From: Alphaproteobacteria bacterium
GTDB taxonomy: Bacteria; Pseudomonadota; Alphaproteobacteria; MPNO01
Direction: 5' to 3'
Assembly (NCBI GenBank): GCA_965231875.1
Contig: CBDDOM010000002.1
Span: 4,690,487-4,754,486, forward strand
DNA length: 64,000 nt
The position numbers and the translations under genes were made by a program. The notes under the pieces are model-generated. The model saw only the letters and a program-made list of their open reading frames with translations. It ran no database searches and was not told the origin of the DNA. This document shows, in pieces, positions 36,478 to 45,365 of the stretch (position 1 is its first letter; every line of letters starts with the position of its first letter).

Positions 36478-37950
36478 CTACAGCTTGTCTATGTAGAGAC
36501 CTGCCGCGACGCCCTTGCGCCACGCCTCGATCTGCTCCTTGCGGCCGATATCCTCGGTCACGCGGTTCCAGCCCTTTTCGACCCGCTTGGCGGCCTCTTC
36601 GGGCTTGATATTGCCGTTCATCACGTCGGCGAGGTTGTTGTCGAGAATCTTCATGTACTCGTAGTGACCCTCGATATAGAGCAGCGACGTGGTGTACTGC
36701 GCGTTCTCCAGCGTGGTGTCGAGGAACTCCTGCGAGAACTTCTTGAGGATGCCCGCGTCGCCCTTGTTGGCCTCGCGGAACGGGTCCCAGAAGCCCTTCG
36801 GATGGGCGATCGCCCGATTGCCCACCGACGGGCTGGTCAGCCACTGGATGAACAGATAGGCGAGCTCGGGATGGTCGCTATAGGCGTTGACCATGTAGCT
36901 CGTGCCGGCGGCTTCCGCGGCGCGCCGCACCGGCTTCCCGCCCGCATTCGTCGCCGGAATGACGCAGGGAAGCTGCTTGCCCTTGACCATGCTCTTCGGG
37001 TTGGCGTTGCCGTAGCCGAAGATCGACGGGAACGACATCACCGAATAGGCCTGGCCCGAGCCCCAGAACGGGTAGATCTGCGGCGTGCCCCAGCCCTGGA
37101 TGTCCTTGGCCATGTACTGGACGATCGAGGAGAACGCCGCGATCGCCTTGGTCCCCTGGGCCGAGTTGATCCGGGGGTTCATGTCCTTGTCGAACAGGAG
37201 CCCGCCGAAATAGGCCGGGAAGTGGCGGTGCGAGAAGTTCACCGACCGGTAGCCCATCGCGCCGTAGAGAGGCTTGTCGAACTTGACGCCCCAGCGCGTC
37301 TGGCCGGCCTCGGTGTGGAAGAACTTCGCCTGCTCTTCCCAATCCGCCATGTTGGCCGGGCAGCCGAGCTCCTTGCCGGTCGCCTTCTTGAACTCCGCCC
37401 GCGCCTTCGGGTTTTGGACGATGTCCTTGCGCAGCACCAGGATGATGTGGTCGCCGTCCAGCACGAAGGAATACTGCTTGCCGTTGTAGAACTGCTGGGC
37501 GATGAAGGCCTCCGGTACGCCGGAGAAGTCGGGCTTGTACTTCGCCGCGTACTCGTCGAGCGGCTTGAGCACGCCGGCGCTCGCGGCGTCGGGCTGGGTG
37601 TAGGGGAAATCGTTGAACATGTCGAAGGCGCCGGTCTTGGCCACCGCCTCGCCCATCACCTTGCTCGGAATGTCGGTGTAGCCGAGCGGCTCGGCCTTGA
37701 TCGAGACGCCGGTCAGCCCCTGCCACTCCTTCGCGAAGTCGGGGAAGGAGTTGCGGTAAAGCGAGTTCAGAAGAATGTCGAGCTCGGGATCCTTCAGCCC
37801 CTTGGCCTTGACATAGGCCTTGGCGCCGTCGATCGCACGCTGGGCCACCGGCCCGTACTCGGCCGCGGTCGCCGCGCCGGCGGCCAGCAGCAACCCGGCG
37901 GCGCACGCGGCGGCGATCGGCGCGCGCAACAGTACACGGTCAATTCGCAT
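36478..37950 (-). CDS. ABC transporter periplasmic substrate-binding protein (SBP family 1, sugar-type)
   Basis: 490 aa with a signal peptide (AAACAAGLLLAAGAATA). First gene of a four-gene SBP-permease-permease-ATPase operon. Confidence 0.85.
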   Translation of the reverse strand: MRIDRVLLRAPIAAACAAGLLLAAGAATAAEYGPVAQRAIDGAKAYVKAKGLKDPELDILLNSLYRNSFPDFAKEWQGLTGVSIKAEPLGYTDIPSKVMGEAVAKTGAFDMFNDFPYTQPDAASAGVLKPLDEYAAKYKPDFSGVPEAFIAQQFYNGKQYSFVLDGDHIILVLRKDIVQNPKARAEFKKATGKELGCPANMADWEEQAKFFHTEAGQTRWGVKFDKPLYGAMGYRSVNFSHRHFPAYFGGLLFDKDMNPRINSAQGTKAIAAFSSIVQYMAKDIQGWGTPQIYPFWGSGQAYSVMSFPSIFGYGNANPKSMVKGKQLPCVIPATNAGGKPVRRAAEAAGTSYMVNAYSDHPELAYLFIQWLTSPSVGNRAIAHPKGFWDPFREANKGDAGILKKFSQEFLDTTLENAQYTTSLLYIEGHYEYMKILDNNLADVMNGNIKPEEAAKRVEKGWNRVTEDIGRKEQIEAWRKGVAAGLYIDKL

Positions 37951-38069
37951 GATCGTTTCCCCCTTCGGTTATCGGAACGGGCTTCGGCCCTTGTTCTTGT
38001 TCTCCCGATTGTCGGCGTTGCGCACAACCGTTGTCAAAATATATCGCGCGCCCCGATGGGCACGGCGGC

Positions 38070-38807
38070 TCAGCGCAGGCCGCGCTGCTTCCTGATCGTG
38101 TCCCAGGCCGCGTTGATCGCCGCCATCCGCTCTGTCGCGATCTGGACGAAATCCTCCGGCATGCCCTGCGCGGTCAGGCGGTCGGGATGGTTCTCCCGGG
38201 TGAGCTTCAGCCACGCCGCGCGCACCGTCTCGTCGTCGGCATCGCGGTCGACGCCCAGCACGGCATAGGGATCGGACTTGCTGTCGCCCTCGTGGTTCGC
38301 CCGGATTCGCCGGTAAGTGGTCTCGTCGAAGCCGAAGATTCCGGCGACCCGCTCGAGATAGTCGAGCTCGGCCGGATGGAGCACGCCGTCCGCGTTGGCG
38401 ATATAGAACAGCGCGTCGAGCAGCTCCTCGAGCACTGCCGGGTTGGCCGCGAACATCGCAGCGACCTGGCGGGCATAGGGCTCGAAGCCGCGCGCGTCCT
38501 TGCGCGCCTGGTCGAACACGCGACCGACGTTCTTCATCTCCTCCGGGGGCACGTGGAAGATACGGCGGAAGGCCGCGATCTCGTCCCGCGTCACCTTGCC
38601 GTCGGCCTTGGCCATCTTGGCGCAGAGCGCGATCACCGCGATGGTGAAGGCGATCTCGCGGGTGGCGGCCCGTCCGTCCCCGGCACCCTGGGGGGACCGC
38701 ATCCGGTCGACGGCATGGCCCGCCACCGCGCCGAGCAGCGCGCCGATCGGCCCGCCGAGCGCGAACCCGGCGGCGCCGCCGATGATCTTTCCCCAGATGC
38801 CGGCCAT
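38070..38807 (-). CDS. djlA: DjlA-like co-chaperone (TerB-like domain plus C-terminal J domain)
   Basis: 245 aa. Gly-rich N-terminal transmembrane segment, a TerB-like middle region, and a C-terminal J domain with HPD (DPYAVLGV...LTRENHPDR). Confidence 0.6.
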   Translation of the reverse strand: MAGIWGKIIGGAAGFALGGPIGALLGAVAGHAVDRMRSPQGAGDGRAATREIAFTIAVIALCAKMAKADGKVTRDEIAAFRRIFHVPPEEMKNVGRVFDQARKDARGFEPYARQVAAMFAANPAVLEELLDALFYIANADGVLHPAELDYLERVAGIFGFDETTYRRIRANHEGDSKSDPYAVLGVDRDADDETVRAAWLKLTRENHPDRLTAQGMPEDFVQIATERMAAINAAWDTIRKQRGLR

Positions 38808-38925
38808 TGGGTGCTCCTCCGCGCGGGCAATCTAGCACCCGGCAGGCCGCGGCGGAATCGCATCGACCGGGATGGGATTGCGGGAATACCAATATTTGGT
38901 ATCGTCGGCGGAAAGGGGCTGTTCG

Positions 38926-39162
38926 ATGCCACGAAACACTTCGGTTTCTCTCGGCGACCACTTCGCCGGGTTCATCGACGAACGGATCGCGTCGGGACGG
39001 TACAACTCGGCCAGCGACGTGGTGCGGGCCGGGTTGCGGTTACTCGAAGAGCACGAGGCCAGTGTGGAGGCCCTGCGTGAGGCGCTGATCGAGGGCGAGC
39101 GATCGGGCCCCGCCGAACCGTTCGATTTCGACACGTTCATTGCGGGCAAGAAGTCCGGCTGA
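38926..39162 (+). CDS. parD: ParD-type (COG3609/CC2985-family) type II antitoxin, no cognate toxin downstream
   Basis: 78 aa, [42 protein letters not shown]..., a ribbon-helix-helix antitoxin pattern. SD GAAAGGGG lies upstream. It resembles the ParD of the intact pair at 57121..57387. A hairpin repeat follows it instead of a parE. Confidence 0.7.
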   Translation: MPRNTSVSLGDHFAGFIDERIASGRYNSASDVVRAGLRLLEEHEASVEALREALIEGERSGPAEPFDFDTFIAGKKSG

Positions 39163-39191
39163 GGGAAATGTCGGGCGTATCCCCCTCCCCC

Positions 39192-39287
39192 GTCATGCTC
39201 GGCGAAGGCCGAGCATCCACGAGTTTTTCGCTGTGTAAGGGCTACGAAAAAACAAAACGCGGATGGTCGGCCTCCGCCGACCATGAC
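39192..39287. repeat. intergenic hairpin repeat, family 1 (copy A, imperfect arms)
   Basis: GTCATGCTCGGCGAAGGCCGAGCATCCACGAG-TTTTT...AAAAAACAAAA-CGCGGATGGTCGGCCTCCGCCGACCATGAC. Same family as the perfect 31-bp inverted repeat at 43486..43578. Confidence 0.6.
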
Positions 39288-39375
39288 GGGCTACAAGAGA
39301 GGTGCCCAATTCGGATTGACCTGCGGGATCGGGGCGCTTCCGCGCCGCGCGGGCCACGGCTATTCTGATCCGCGT

Positions 39376-40191
39376 ATGGAACGGAGCCAGGCCGCTTTGA
39401 GCAAGGCCATCGAACCCATCGCCGATCCGGCGGAGCTGCGCCGGCTGTGCCGCGAGGGGGCCTATGCCGGCCCGACCTCGGGCCACGCGGCGGGCTACGT
39501 CCAGGCGAATATGGTGATCCTGCCGGCCGCCGAGGCGGAGGATTTCGCCGCCTATTGCGAGCGCAACCCCCGCCCCTGCCCGGTGCTGGAGATACTGGAC
39601 CGGGGCGATCCGGTGCCGCGCCGGACGGCCCCCGGCGCCGACATCCGCACCGACCTGCCGCGCTACCGCGTATTCCGCAACGGCGAATGCGTCGCCGAGC
39701 CGACGGACATAACCGGCCTCTGGCGCGACGACCTGGTGACCTTCCTGCTCGGCTGCTCGTTCATCGCGGAAGAAGCGCTGCAAGGCGCGGGGCTCGAAAT
39801 TCGCCACATTGCCGAGACCGGCTATGTCTCGATGTACCGGACCGGCCGGCGGACCGTTCCGGTGGGTGCCTTCGCGGGGCCGATGGTGGTCTCGATGCGC
39901 CCGTTCACGCCGGACGACGCCGACCGCGCGGAAGAGATCACCGCGCGCTACCCGATGGCGCATGGCGGGCCGGTCCATCGCGGCGATCCGGCGGCGATCG
40001 GCATCCGCGACATCGCCGAGCCGGAATACGGCCGGCCGGTAACCGTCGACGACGACCAGATCCCGGTATTCTGGGCCTGCGGGGTGACGCCGCAGGAGGC
40101 GATCCTCAACGCCCGGCCCTCGCTCGCGATCACCCACATGCCGGGCTGCATGTTCGTCGGCGACCGCACCGCCGAATCGACCCGGGTCTGA
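39376..40191 (+). CDS. DUF1445 / D-glutamate cyclase-like (UPF0317 putative hydro-lyase) protein
   Basis: About 271 aa from the internal ATG at 39376; the track start at 39283 lies inside the repeat. The family assignment is made from memory of its conserved GYVQAN..ILP and NPRPCP-type blocks. Medium confidence. Confidence 0.5.
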   Translation: MERSQAALSKAIEPIADPAELRRLCREGAYAGPTSGHAAGYVQANMVILPAAEAEDFAAYCERNPRPCPVLEILDRGDPVPRRTAPGADIRTDLPRYRVFRNGECVAEPTDITGLWRDDLVTFLLGCSFIAEEALQGAGLEIRHIAETGYVSMYRTGRRTVPVGAFAGPMVVSMRPFTPDDADRAEEITARYPMAHGGPVHRGDPAAIGIRDIAEPEYGRPVTVDDDQIPVFWACGVTPQEAILNARPSLAITHMPGCMFVGDRTAESTRV

Positions 40192-40204
40192 CTGGAGAAC
40201 GCCC

Positions 40205-41608
40205 ATGACCGCGACCCTGACCGCCGACGGCCTCGCCGACCGGCTTCGCGGATTTCTCGGAGAACGGGTCTCGACCTCGGCGGTCGTGCGCGAGGGGCAC
40301 GGGCGCGACGAATCGCACCACCCGCCCTTCCCGCCCGACATCGTCGTGTTCCCCGAATCGGTCGACGAGACGGTCGCCGTCGTCGGGCTCTGCCGCGAGC
40401 ACGACACGCCGATGATCCCCTTCGGCGTCGGAACCTCGCTCGAAGGCCATGTCGCCGCGCTTGAGGGCGGGGTGTCGATCGACATGTCGCGGATGAACCG
40501 GGTGCTCGAAGTCAACGCCGCCGACCTCGACGTCCGGGTCGAGCCCGGCGTGACCCGCAAGCAGCTGAACGCGCATCTTCGCGACACCGGGCTGTTCTTC
40601 CCGATCGACCCGGGCGCGGACGCGACCCTCGGCGGCATGACCGCGACCCGGGCCTCGGGAACCAACGCGGTGCGCTACGGCACGATGCGCGACAACGTGC
40701 TGGGGCTCACCGTAGTGCTCGCCGACGGCCGGGTCATCCGGACCGGCACCCGGGCACGGAAATCCTCGGCGGGGTACGACCTCACGCGCCTCTTCGTCGG
40801 ATCGGAGGGGACGCTCGGCGTGATCGTCGAGGTGACGCTCCGGCTCTCCGGCATTCCGGAGGCGATCTCGGCCGCGGTCTGCGCCTTCCCGAGCGTCGAC
40901 GACGCCGTCGAGACTTCCATCGCGATCATCCAGTCGGGCGTGCCCGTCGCGCGGATTGAGCTCGCCGACGAGGTGCAGATCACCGCGATCAACCGCTGGT
41001 CGAGGACCGAGCTCCCCGAGCGCCCGGTGCTGTTCTTCGAGTTTCACGGAAGCGAGGCCTCGGTCGCCGAGCAGGCGGAGACCGCGCAGGCGATCGCCGC
41101 CGACAACGGCGGCACCGGGTTCGAATGGTCGACCCGGCAGGAGGACCGCAACGTCCTATGGCAGGCGCGTCATGACGCGCATTACGCCAATATGGGGCTC
41201 CGTCCCGGCCGCCGCGCCTGGCCCACCGATGTCTGCGTGCCGATCTCCAGGCTCGCGGAATGCATCGCCGAAACGCAGCGGGACATCGCCGCCACCGACC
41301 TGCTCGCCCCCATCGTGGGCCATGTCGGCGACGGGAATTTCCACATCGATTTCGTGATCGACCCCGACGACGAGGCCGAGCTCGCCGCCGCCACCGGGGT
41401 GAACGAACGCCTGATCGGGCGCGCGCTCGCGATGGGCGGCACCTGCACCGGCGAGCACGGCGTCGGTTACGGCAAGAAGAAATACCTCGCCGCCGAGCAC
41501 GGCGAGGGGGTCTCGGTGATGCGTGCGATCAAGCAGGCGCTCGATCCCGCCAACCTGATGAATCCGGGAAAGATCGTCGATCCGCCTCCGGCGGCCGCGG
41601 CGGAGTAA
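40205..41608 (+). CDS. FAD-linked oxidase, GlcD/D-lactate dehydrogenase (cytochrome) family
   Basis: 467 aa. FAD_binding_4 (PCMH) N-terminal domain (GVGTSLEGH, GSEGTLGV) and a C-terminal FAD-oxidase_C domain (TGEHGVG...K). Confidence 0.85.
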   Translation: MTATLTADGLADRLRGFLGERVSTSAVVREGHGRDESHHPPFPPDIVVFPESVDETVAVVGLCREHDTPMIPFGVGTSLEGHVAALEGGVSIDMSRMNRVLEVNAADLDVRVEPGVTRKQLNAHLRDTGLFFPIDPGADATLGGMTATRASGTNAVRYGTMRDNVLGLTVVLADGRVIRTGTRARKSSAGYDLTRLFVGSEGTLGVIVEVTLRLSGIPEAISAAVCAFPSVDDAVETSIAIIQSGVPVARIELADEVQITAINRWSRTELPERPVLFFEFHGSEASVAEQAETAQAIAADNGGTGFEWSTRQEDRNVLWQARHDAHYANMGLRPGRRAWPTDVCVPISRLAECIAETQRDIAATDLLAPIVGHVGDGNFHIDFVIDPDDEAELAAATGVNERLIGRALAMGGTCTGEHGVGYGKKKYLAAEHGEGVSVMRAIKQALDPANLMNPGKIVDPPPAAAAE

Positions 41609-41627
41609 GGCGCGCGATACGGCATCC

Positions 41628-41731
41628 GCCCTCCCCCGGCCCCTCCCGCAAGCGGGAGGGGAGAAGGCGGGGAGCGCTCGGCGGGCGAGCCTCCCTCTCC
41701 CCCGCGGGGAGAGGGTCGGGGTGAGGGGGCT
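41628..41731. repeat. GC-rich palindromic mosaic repeat, family 2 (copy 1)
   Basis: Contains nested hairpins CCTCCCGCAAGCGGGAGG and CTCTCCCCCGCGGGGAGAG. An inverted copy at about 88% identity lies at 46341..46445. It sits between the convergent genes FAD oxidase and DUF4169. Confidence 0.6.
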
Positions 41732-41791
41732 GAAACCGTCCCCTACGAACCGCGCGCCTCGGCGTCCCCCGAGCGCCTGCCCATACCCTTG

Positions 41792-41827
41792 GTCAAGCTA
41801 TCTATATAAGCCCCTGTCGAAGGGCGG
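41792..41827. repeat. short repeat module, family 4 (GTCAAGCTATCTATATAAGCCCCTGTCGAAGGGCGG)
   Basis: Near-identical copies at 43634..43669 (same orientation) and 43386..43414 (reverse complement). Confidence 0.55.
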
Positions 41828-41836
41828 AACCGGCCC

Positions 41837-42046
41837 TCAGCTCTGCTTGGGTCCGCCCTCGCGGTCGGTCTTGTCTTCGAGCAGCCTGGCGTCGAGGCGC
41901 AGCGCGTCCCGCTCCTTCTGTCGACGGGCGGCTTCCTTGTCCTGCTTGCCGCGCCCATGTCTGGCGCGGTTTTCCGCCGCTTCGTTCTTGCGGGCGAGCC
42001 GTGTCCGCTTCTTCCGGTACTGGTTGAGCTGGATCACGTCGCCCAT
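41837..42046 (-). CDS. small basic protein, DUF4169-like
   Basis: 69 aa from the internal ATG, MGDVIQLNQYRKKRTRLARKNEAAENRARHGRGKQ.... Lys/Arg-rich, and its N-terminus resembles the MxDVINL..RK.RE DUF4169 pattern. Family assignment made from memory. Confidence 0.4.
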   Translation of the reverse strand: MGDVIQLNQYRKKRTRLARKNEAAENRARHGRGKQDKEAARRQKERDALRLDARLLEDKTDREGGPKQS

Positions 42047-42154
42047 CGGATACCCCTCCACGCCGGGTGAGCCGGGGTTGCAGCGGCCTCACGAACCCTA
42101 GCACCCGCCCCGTGGCCGCGCCAACCGCGTAGGGAGAGTCCGGCCCGAAAACCG

Positions 42155-43237
42155 CTACTCCGCGGCCGACCTCAGCTCGGCGGCCGACATGCGGTGGAGC
42201 GCGCGGCGGGCGAGCGCCACCGCCTCGTCGTGGCGGCGGTAGTGCAGCCCGCGTCCGGGATCGCGCGAGATCGCCCGCTGCTGGGCCTCGATCGTCGCCT
42301 TGTCCTCCAGGAACGCCTCGGAGACGTCCTTGTAGAACCGCTCTCCCTCCGGCGAGTCGACGGCGCGGTTGCGGTTGGCGACCGACCAGAAATAGTGGCA
42401 GGTCGTCTCCGTCTCGGGCGTCGCGTGGTGGAACAGACGGAGCGAGAGCCCGCCCTCGCGGTTTCGGTCCTGCCTGGCGCCGCGTCCGACCGCATGCGCC
42501 CCGCCCCATTGCAGCACCGAGGCCGGCGCGACGTACTCGAACTCCGACCAGCGGTCGACCGGCCCCTCGAAGCCGCCGATGGCGACGAAGGACGGCGGCG
42601 GCGGCGAAGCCATCATCCAGCGGACGAACCTGGCGCCGTTCGCGGTAGCGGTCGTGTCCATCTCGGCGTCGACATGGGATTGCGGGAACCCGCCGATGGT
42701 CGAGCCGTGGACGTAGCCGAGATGAGTGAGGTCCATCAGGTTGTCCATCACGAACATGAAGTTCGCCTCGAAGCGGTAGCGGCCGAACCGGAACGGCCAC
42801 TCGGCGCCCGCGTCGTGGAACGGGAAGTCGACGATCCGGGACTCGTCCGCCAGCGCGGGATCGCCCATCCAGGCCCAGACGAAGTTCTGCCGTTCGACGG
42901 CGGGGAAGGACCGCACGCCGTAGAGGCCGCGATCCTCTTCTTCGCCCGGATTGCCGGTGCACGCGCCGTCCGCGCCGAAGACCATCCCGTGATAGCCGCA
43001 CTGCAGCCCGGCTTCCACCACGGTACCGAGGCTGAGCGGCGCGGCCCGGTGGCAGCACCTGTCCTCCAGGATGCCGACCCGCCCGGCGGCATCGCGGAAC
43101 AGCACCGCCTCCTCGCCCAGCAGCGTCCGCGCCAGCGGCTCGTCGCCGACCTCATGCCCCCAGGCCGCGATGTACCACGCATTGCGGACCATCGGCTCGA
43201 TCGGATTGTCGGACATGGGCGGCCCCGTCATCGTCAT
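42155..43237 (-). CDS. Rieske [2Fe-2S] non-heme-iron oxygenase alpha subunit (VanA/phthalate-dioxygenase-like class)
   Basis: 360 aa. Rieske motif CCHRAAPLS..(17)..CGYHG, and a mononuclear Fe site in the catalytic domain (HLGYVHG...). Its size matches single-subunit oxygenases that use a separate reductase. Confidence 0.85.
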   Translation of the reverse strand: MTMTGPPMSDNPIEPMVRNAWYIAAWGHEVGDEPLARTLLGEEAVLFRDAAGRVGILEDRCCHRAAPLSLGTVVEAGLQCGYHGMVFGADGACTGNPGEEEDRGLYGVRSFPAVERQNFVWAWMGDPALADESRIVDFPFHDAGAEWPFRFGRYRFEANFMFVMDNLMDLTHLGYVHGSTIGGFPQSHVDAEMDTTATANGARFVRWMMASPPPPSFVAIGGFEGPVDRWSEFEYVAPASVLQWGGAHAVGRGARQDRNREGGLSLRLFHHATPETETTCHYFWSVANRNRAVDSPEGERFYKDVSEAFLEDKATIEAQQRAISRDPGRGLHYRRHDEAVALARRALHRMSAAELRSAAE

Positions 43238-43290
43238 TCGCGTTCCCTCAAACCTATCAGCGCGAAGAGGTCCGATCCATCGCGACCGGT

Positions 43291-43393
43291 CCCTCGATAC
43301 GCCGCTTCGCGGCTACTCGGGATGAGGGAGAATTCTCGCTACTCCCACGGCAATCCCTCACCCTGAGTAGCGGCGAAGCCGCGTATCGAAGGG
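43291..43393. repeat. palindromic repeat, family 3 (copy 1)
   Basis: CCCTCGATACGCCGCTTCGCGGCTACTCGGGATGAGGGAG with a roughly 25-nt loop and an inverted arm. Second copy at 56719..56810. Confidence 0.6.
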
Positions 43394-43414
43394 GGCTTAT
43401 ATAGATAGTTTGAC
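43386..43414. repeat. family 4 module, reverse orientation
   Basis: CGAAGGGGGCTTATATAGATAGTTTGAC is the reverse complement of the family 4 core. Confidence 0.5.
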
Positions 43415-43485
43415 GAGCGGGAGGTCGACAGACGTTCCGGGAGGCGCCGGGGCATACCCCTTTCGCGCCAGACCGTTCCTCTGTC

Positions 43486-43578
43486 GTCATGGTCGGCGCA
43501 GGCCGACCATCCACGAGTTTTTGCGGCGCCGGAAACAAAAAAACAAATCGTGGATGGTCGGCCTGCGCCGACCATGAC
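43486..43578. repeat. hairpin repeat, family 1 (copy B, perfect 31-bp inverted repeat)
   Basis: GTCATGGTCGGCGCAGGCCGACCATCCACGA-[31-nt T/A-rich loop]-TCGTGGATGGTCGGCCTGCGCCGACCATGAC, with perfect arms. It lies in the P450/Rieske intergenic region. Confidence 0.7.
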
Positions 43579-43633
43579 GGAGGAGGCGGGACAAGTCCCG
43601 CGCCCGCCGGCACCGGGCGCCGGGCCGGTCACC

Positions 43634-43669
43634 GTCAAGCTATCTTTATAAGCCCCTATCGAAGGGCGG
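43634..43669. repeat. family 4 module (copy 2)
   Basis: GTCAAGCTATCTTTATAAGCCCCTATCGAAGGGCGG. Confidence 0.55.
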
Positions 43670-43881
43670 CGGGCCCCCCGCTCCCCCGCAACCGCCCCGC
43701 CTGTCACTCCGAAACACGTCCGGGGTGACATCGGGGTGGGCGGTCTCGTGGTCGATTCGACGAAAATTTGTCCTGTTACGATATTTTTAATTGACCCGGG
43801 ACACGTTTTGAGGTATATTTACCATAGTGGAGAAGTGGGGGCGCCGGAGATTTCGGCGTCCCTTTCCGTTGCCAAGCCTGA

Positions 43882-45207
43882 CTACGCTGGCGGCGTCTTC
43901 GCCGTGTCCCACTCGACCCTGAGCTGCTGCACGCCGCGGAAGGTGAGCGTCGGGATGTATTTCCAGTCCTGGCCCTCGACGAGTTGCATGTGGGGAAGGC
44001 GGCGGGTCAGCTCTTCCAGGATTATGCGCATCTCGAGCCGGGCGAGCGGCGCGCCCATGCAGAAATGCGCGCCGTTGCCGAAGGCGAGGTGGCGCTTGGC
44101 GCCGGAGCGGGCAATGTCGAACGTCCCGCCGTCTGGAAATGTTGCGTCGTCGCGGTTGCCGGAGCCGAGCAACAGCAGGATCTTCGCCCCGGCGGGGACC
44201 GGCACGCCGCCGATCTCCGCGTCCCGCGTCGCGATCCGGCGCCAGGCGAAGATCGAGGCGTCGTAGCGGAGGATTTCCTCCACCGCGCCCGGGATCAGGC
44301 CGGGGTCGTCGCACAGAAGCTGCCACTGCGCGCGGTCCGACAGCAGCGCCTTCAGCCCGTTGGCCGAGGCCTGGGTGGTGGTCTCGTGGCCGGCGAACTG
44401 CATCAGGAACATGACGTTGTAGAGGTAGTTCACCGTGAAGCGCGACGGGTCCTCGCGGTGCAGCCGCACCATGTCGCCGAGATAGTTGTCGCCGGGGTTC
44501 TCCAGCGCGGCGTCGACGAGTTCTTTCGTGAACGCCCAGTGCTCGCCCATGTCGCTCATCATCGCGACCTGCTCGGCCTCGCCGGGCTTGCCCCAGTTGA
44601 CCACCGCCCGGGCCGAGCCGAGGCGTTTGACGAACACCGCGTCGTCGTCCCGCGCGCCGAGGAAGATGAAAATCGCGAGCGCCGGGACCTCGTAGAGCAT
44701 CCGCGACACCAGCTCGGCCTCGCCGTCGCCGGCGAAGCGGTCGATGTAGCGGGTGACGATGGCCCGGATGCGCGGCTCGATCTCGTTGACTCGCCGGGGG
44801 GTGAAGGCATCGCCGAAGATCTTGCGGTGCTTGAGATGCGTCTCCGGGTCCTCGTCGACCAGCGAGGGCTCGATGGCAATGTCGAGGCTGTCGCGCACCT
44901 TCGCCGCGGCCGGGCAGAGCGGCGTCACCGGATGGCGGGCGAGCGCGGCGGAAAACGTCTTCGGGTCGCGGAAGACGGCGACGATGTCGTCATGGCGCGC
45001 GACCGCCCAGTAGCCGGTCTCGGGGCTGTAGAACACCGGCTCTTCCCCGCGCGCGCGCTCGAAAAACGGGTAGGGGTCGGCGAGATAGGCCTCGGAGAAC
45101 GGCCGGAAGCCGGCGCCGAGCGCGCTCGCCGGGCACGCTCGCGGAGCGGCGGCGTCGGTGGCTTCCGGCTCCGACTGGAACATGCCGAGCTGCCCGATCG
45201 TAGACAT
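43882..45207 (-). CDS. cytochrome P450 monooxygenase
   Basis: Heme-binding loop FGNGAHFCMGAPLARLE, I-helix AGHETT, and a K-helix ExxR. About 441 aa from the ATG at 45207 (alternative ATG at 45282). The track ORF begins further upstream. Confidence 0.85.
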   Translation of the reverse strand: MSTIGQLGMFQSEPEATDAAAPRACPASALGAGFRPFSEAYLADPYPFFERARGEEPVFYSPETGYWAVARHDDIVAVFRDPKTFSAALARHPVTPLCPAAAKVRDSLDIAIEPSLVDEDPETHLKHRKIFGDAFTPRRVNEIEPRIRAIVTRYIDRFAGDGEAELVSRMLYEVPALAIFIFLGARDDDAVFVKRLGSARAVVNWGKPGEAEQVAMMSDMGEHWAFTKELVDAALENPGDNYLGDMVRLHREDPSRFTVNYLYNVMFLMQFAGHETTTQASANGLKALLSDRAQWQLLCDDPGLIPGAVEEILRYDASIFAWRRIATRDAEIGGVPVPAGAKILLLLGSGNRDDATFPDGGTFDIARSGAKRHLAFGNGAHFCMGAPLARLEMRIILEELTRRLPHMQLVEGQDWKYIPTLTFRGVQQLRVEWDTAKTPPA

Positions 45208-45365
45208 TTCCCTGTCCCCTTCCGCGCCGCCGCCATCTTGGCGGATCGCCGCCGCGGCCGCCACCGGGGGCTCGATAGACATTTGCACCGCCGGATCGAC
45301 CCGCGTCGGCACGATCCGGCATCGACGCGCCGATAAATGCCGAACCCAACCGAAGGAGAAACGAC

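Noticed and set aside
36406-38268. 620-aa plus-strand ORF
   Set aside because: It is antisense to the ABC substrate-binding protein and djlA.
41792-41827. Family-4 module read as a sigma-70 promoter because of its TATATAAG core
   Set aside because: The TTGAC-like and TATA-like elements are wrongly ordered or spaced on both strands. It is more likely a repeat module than a promoter.
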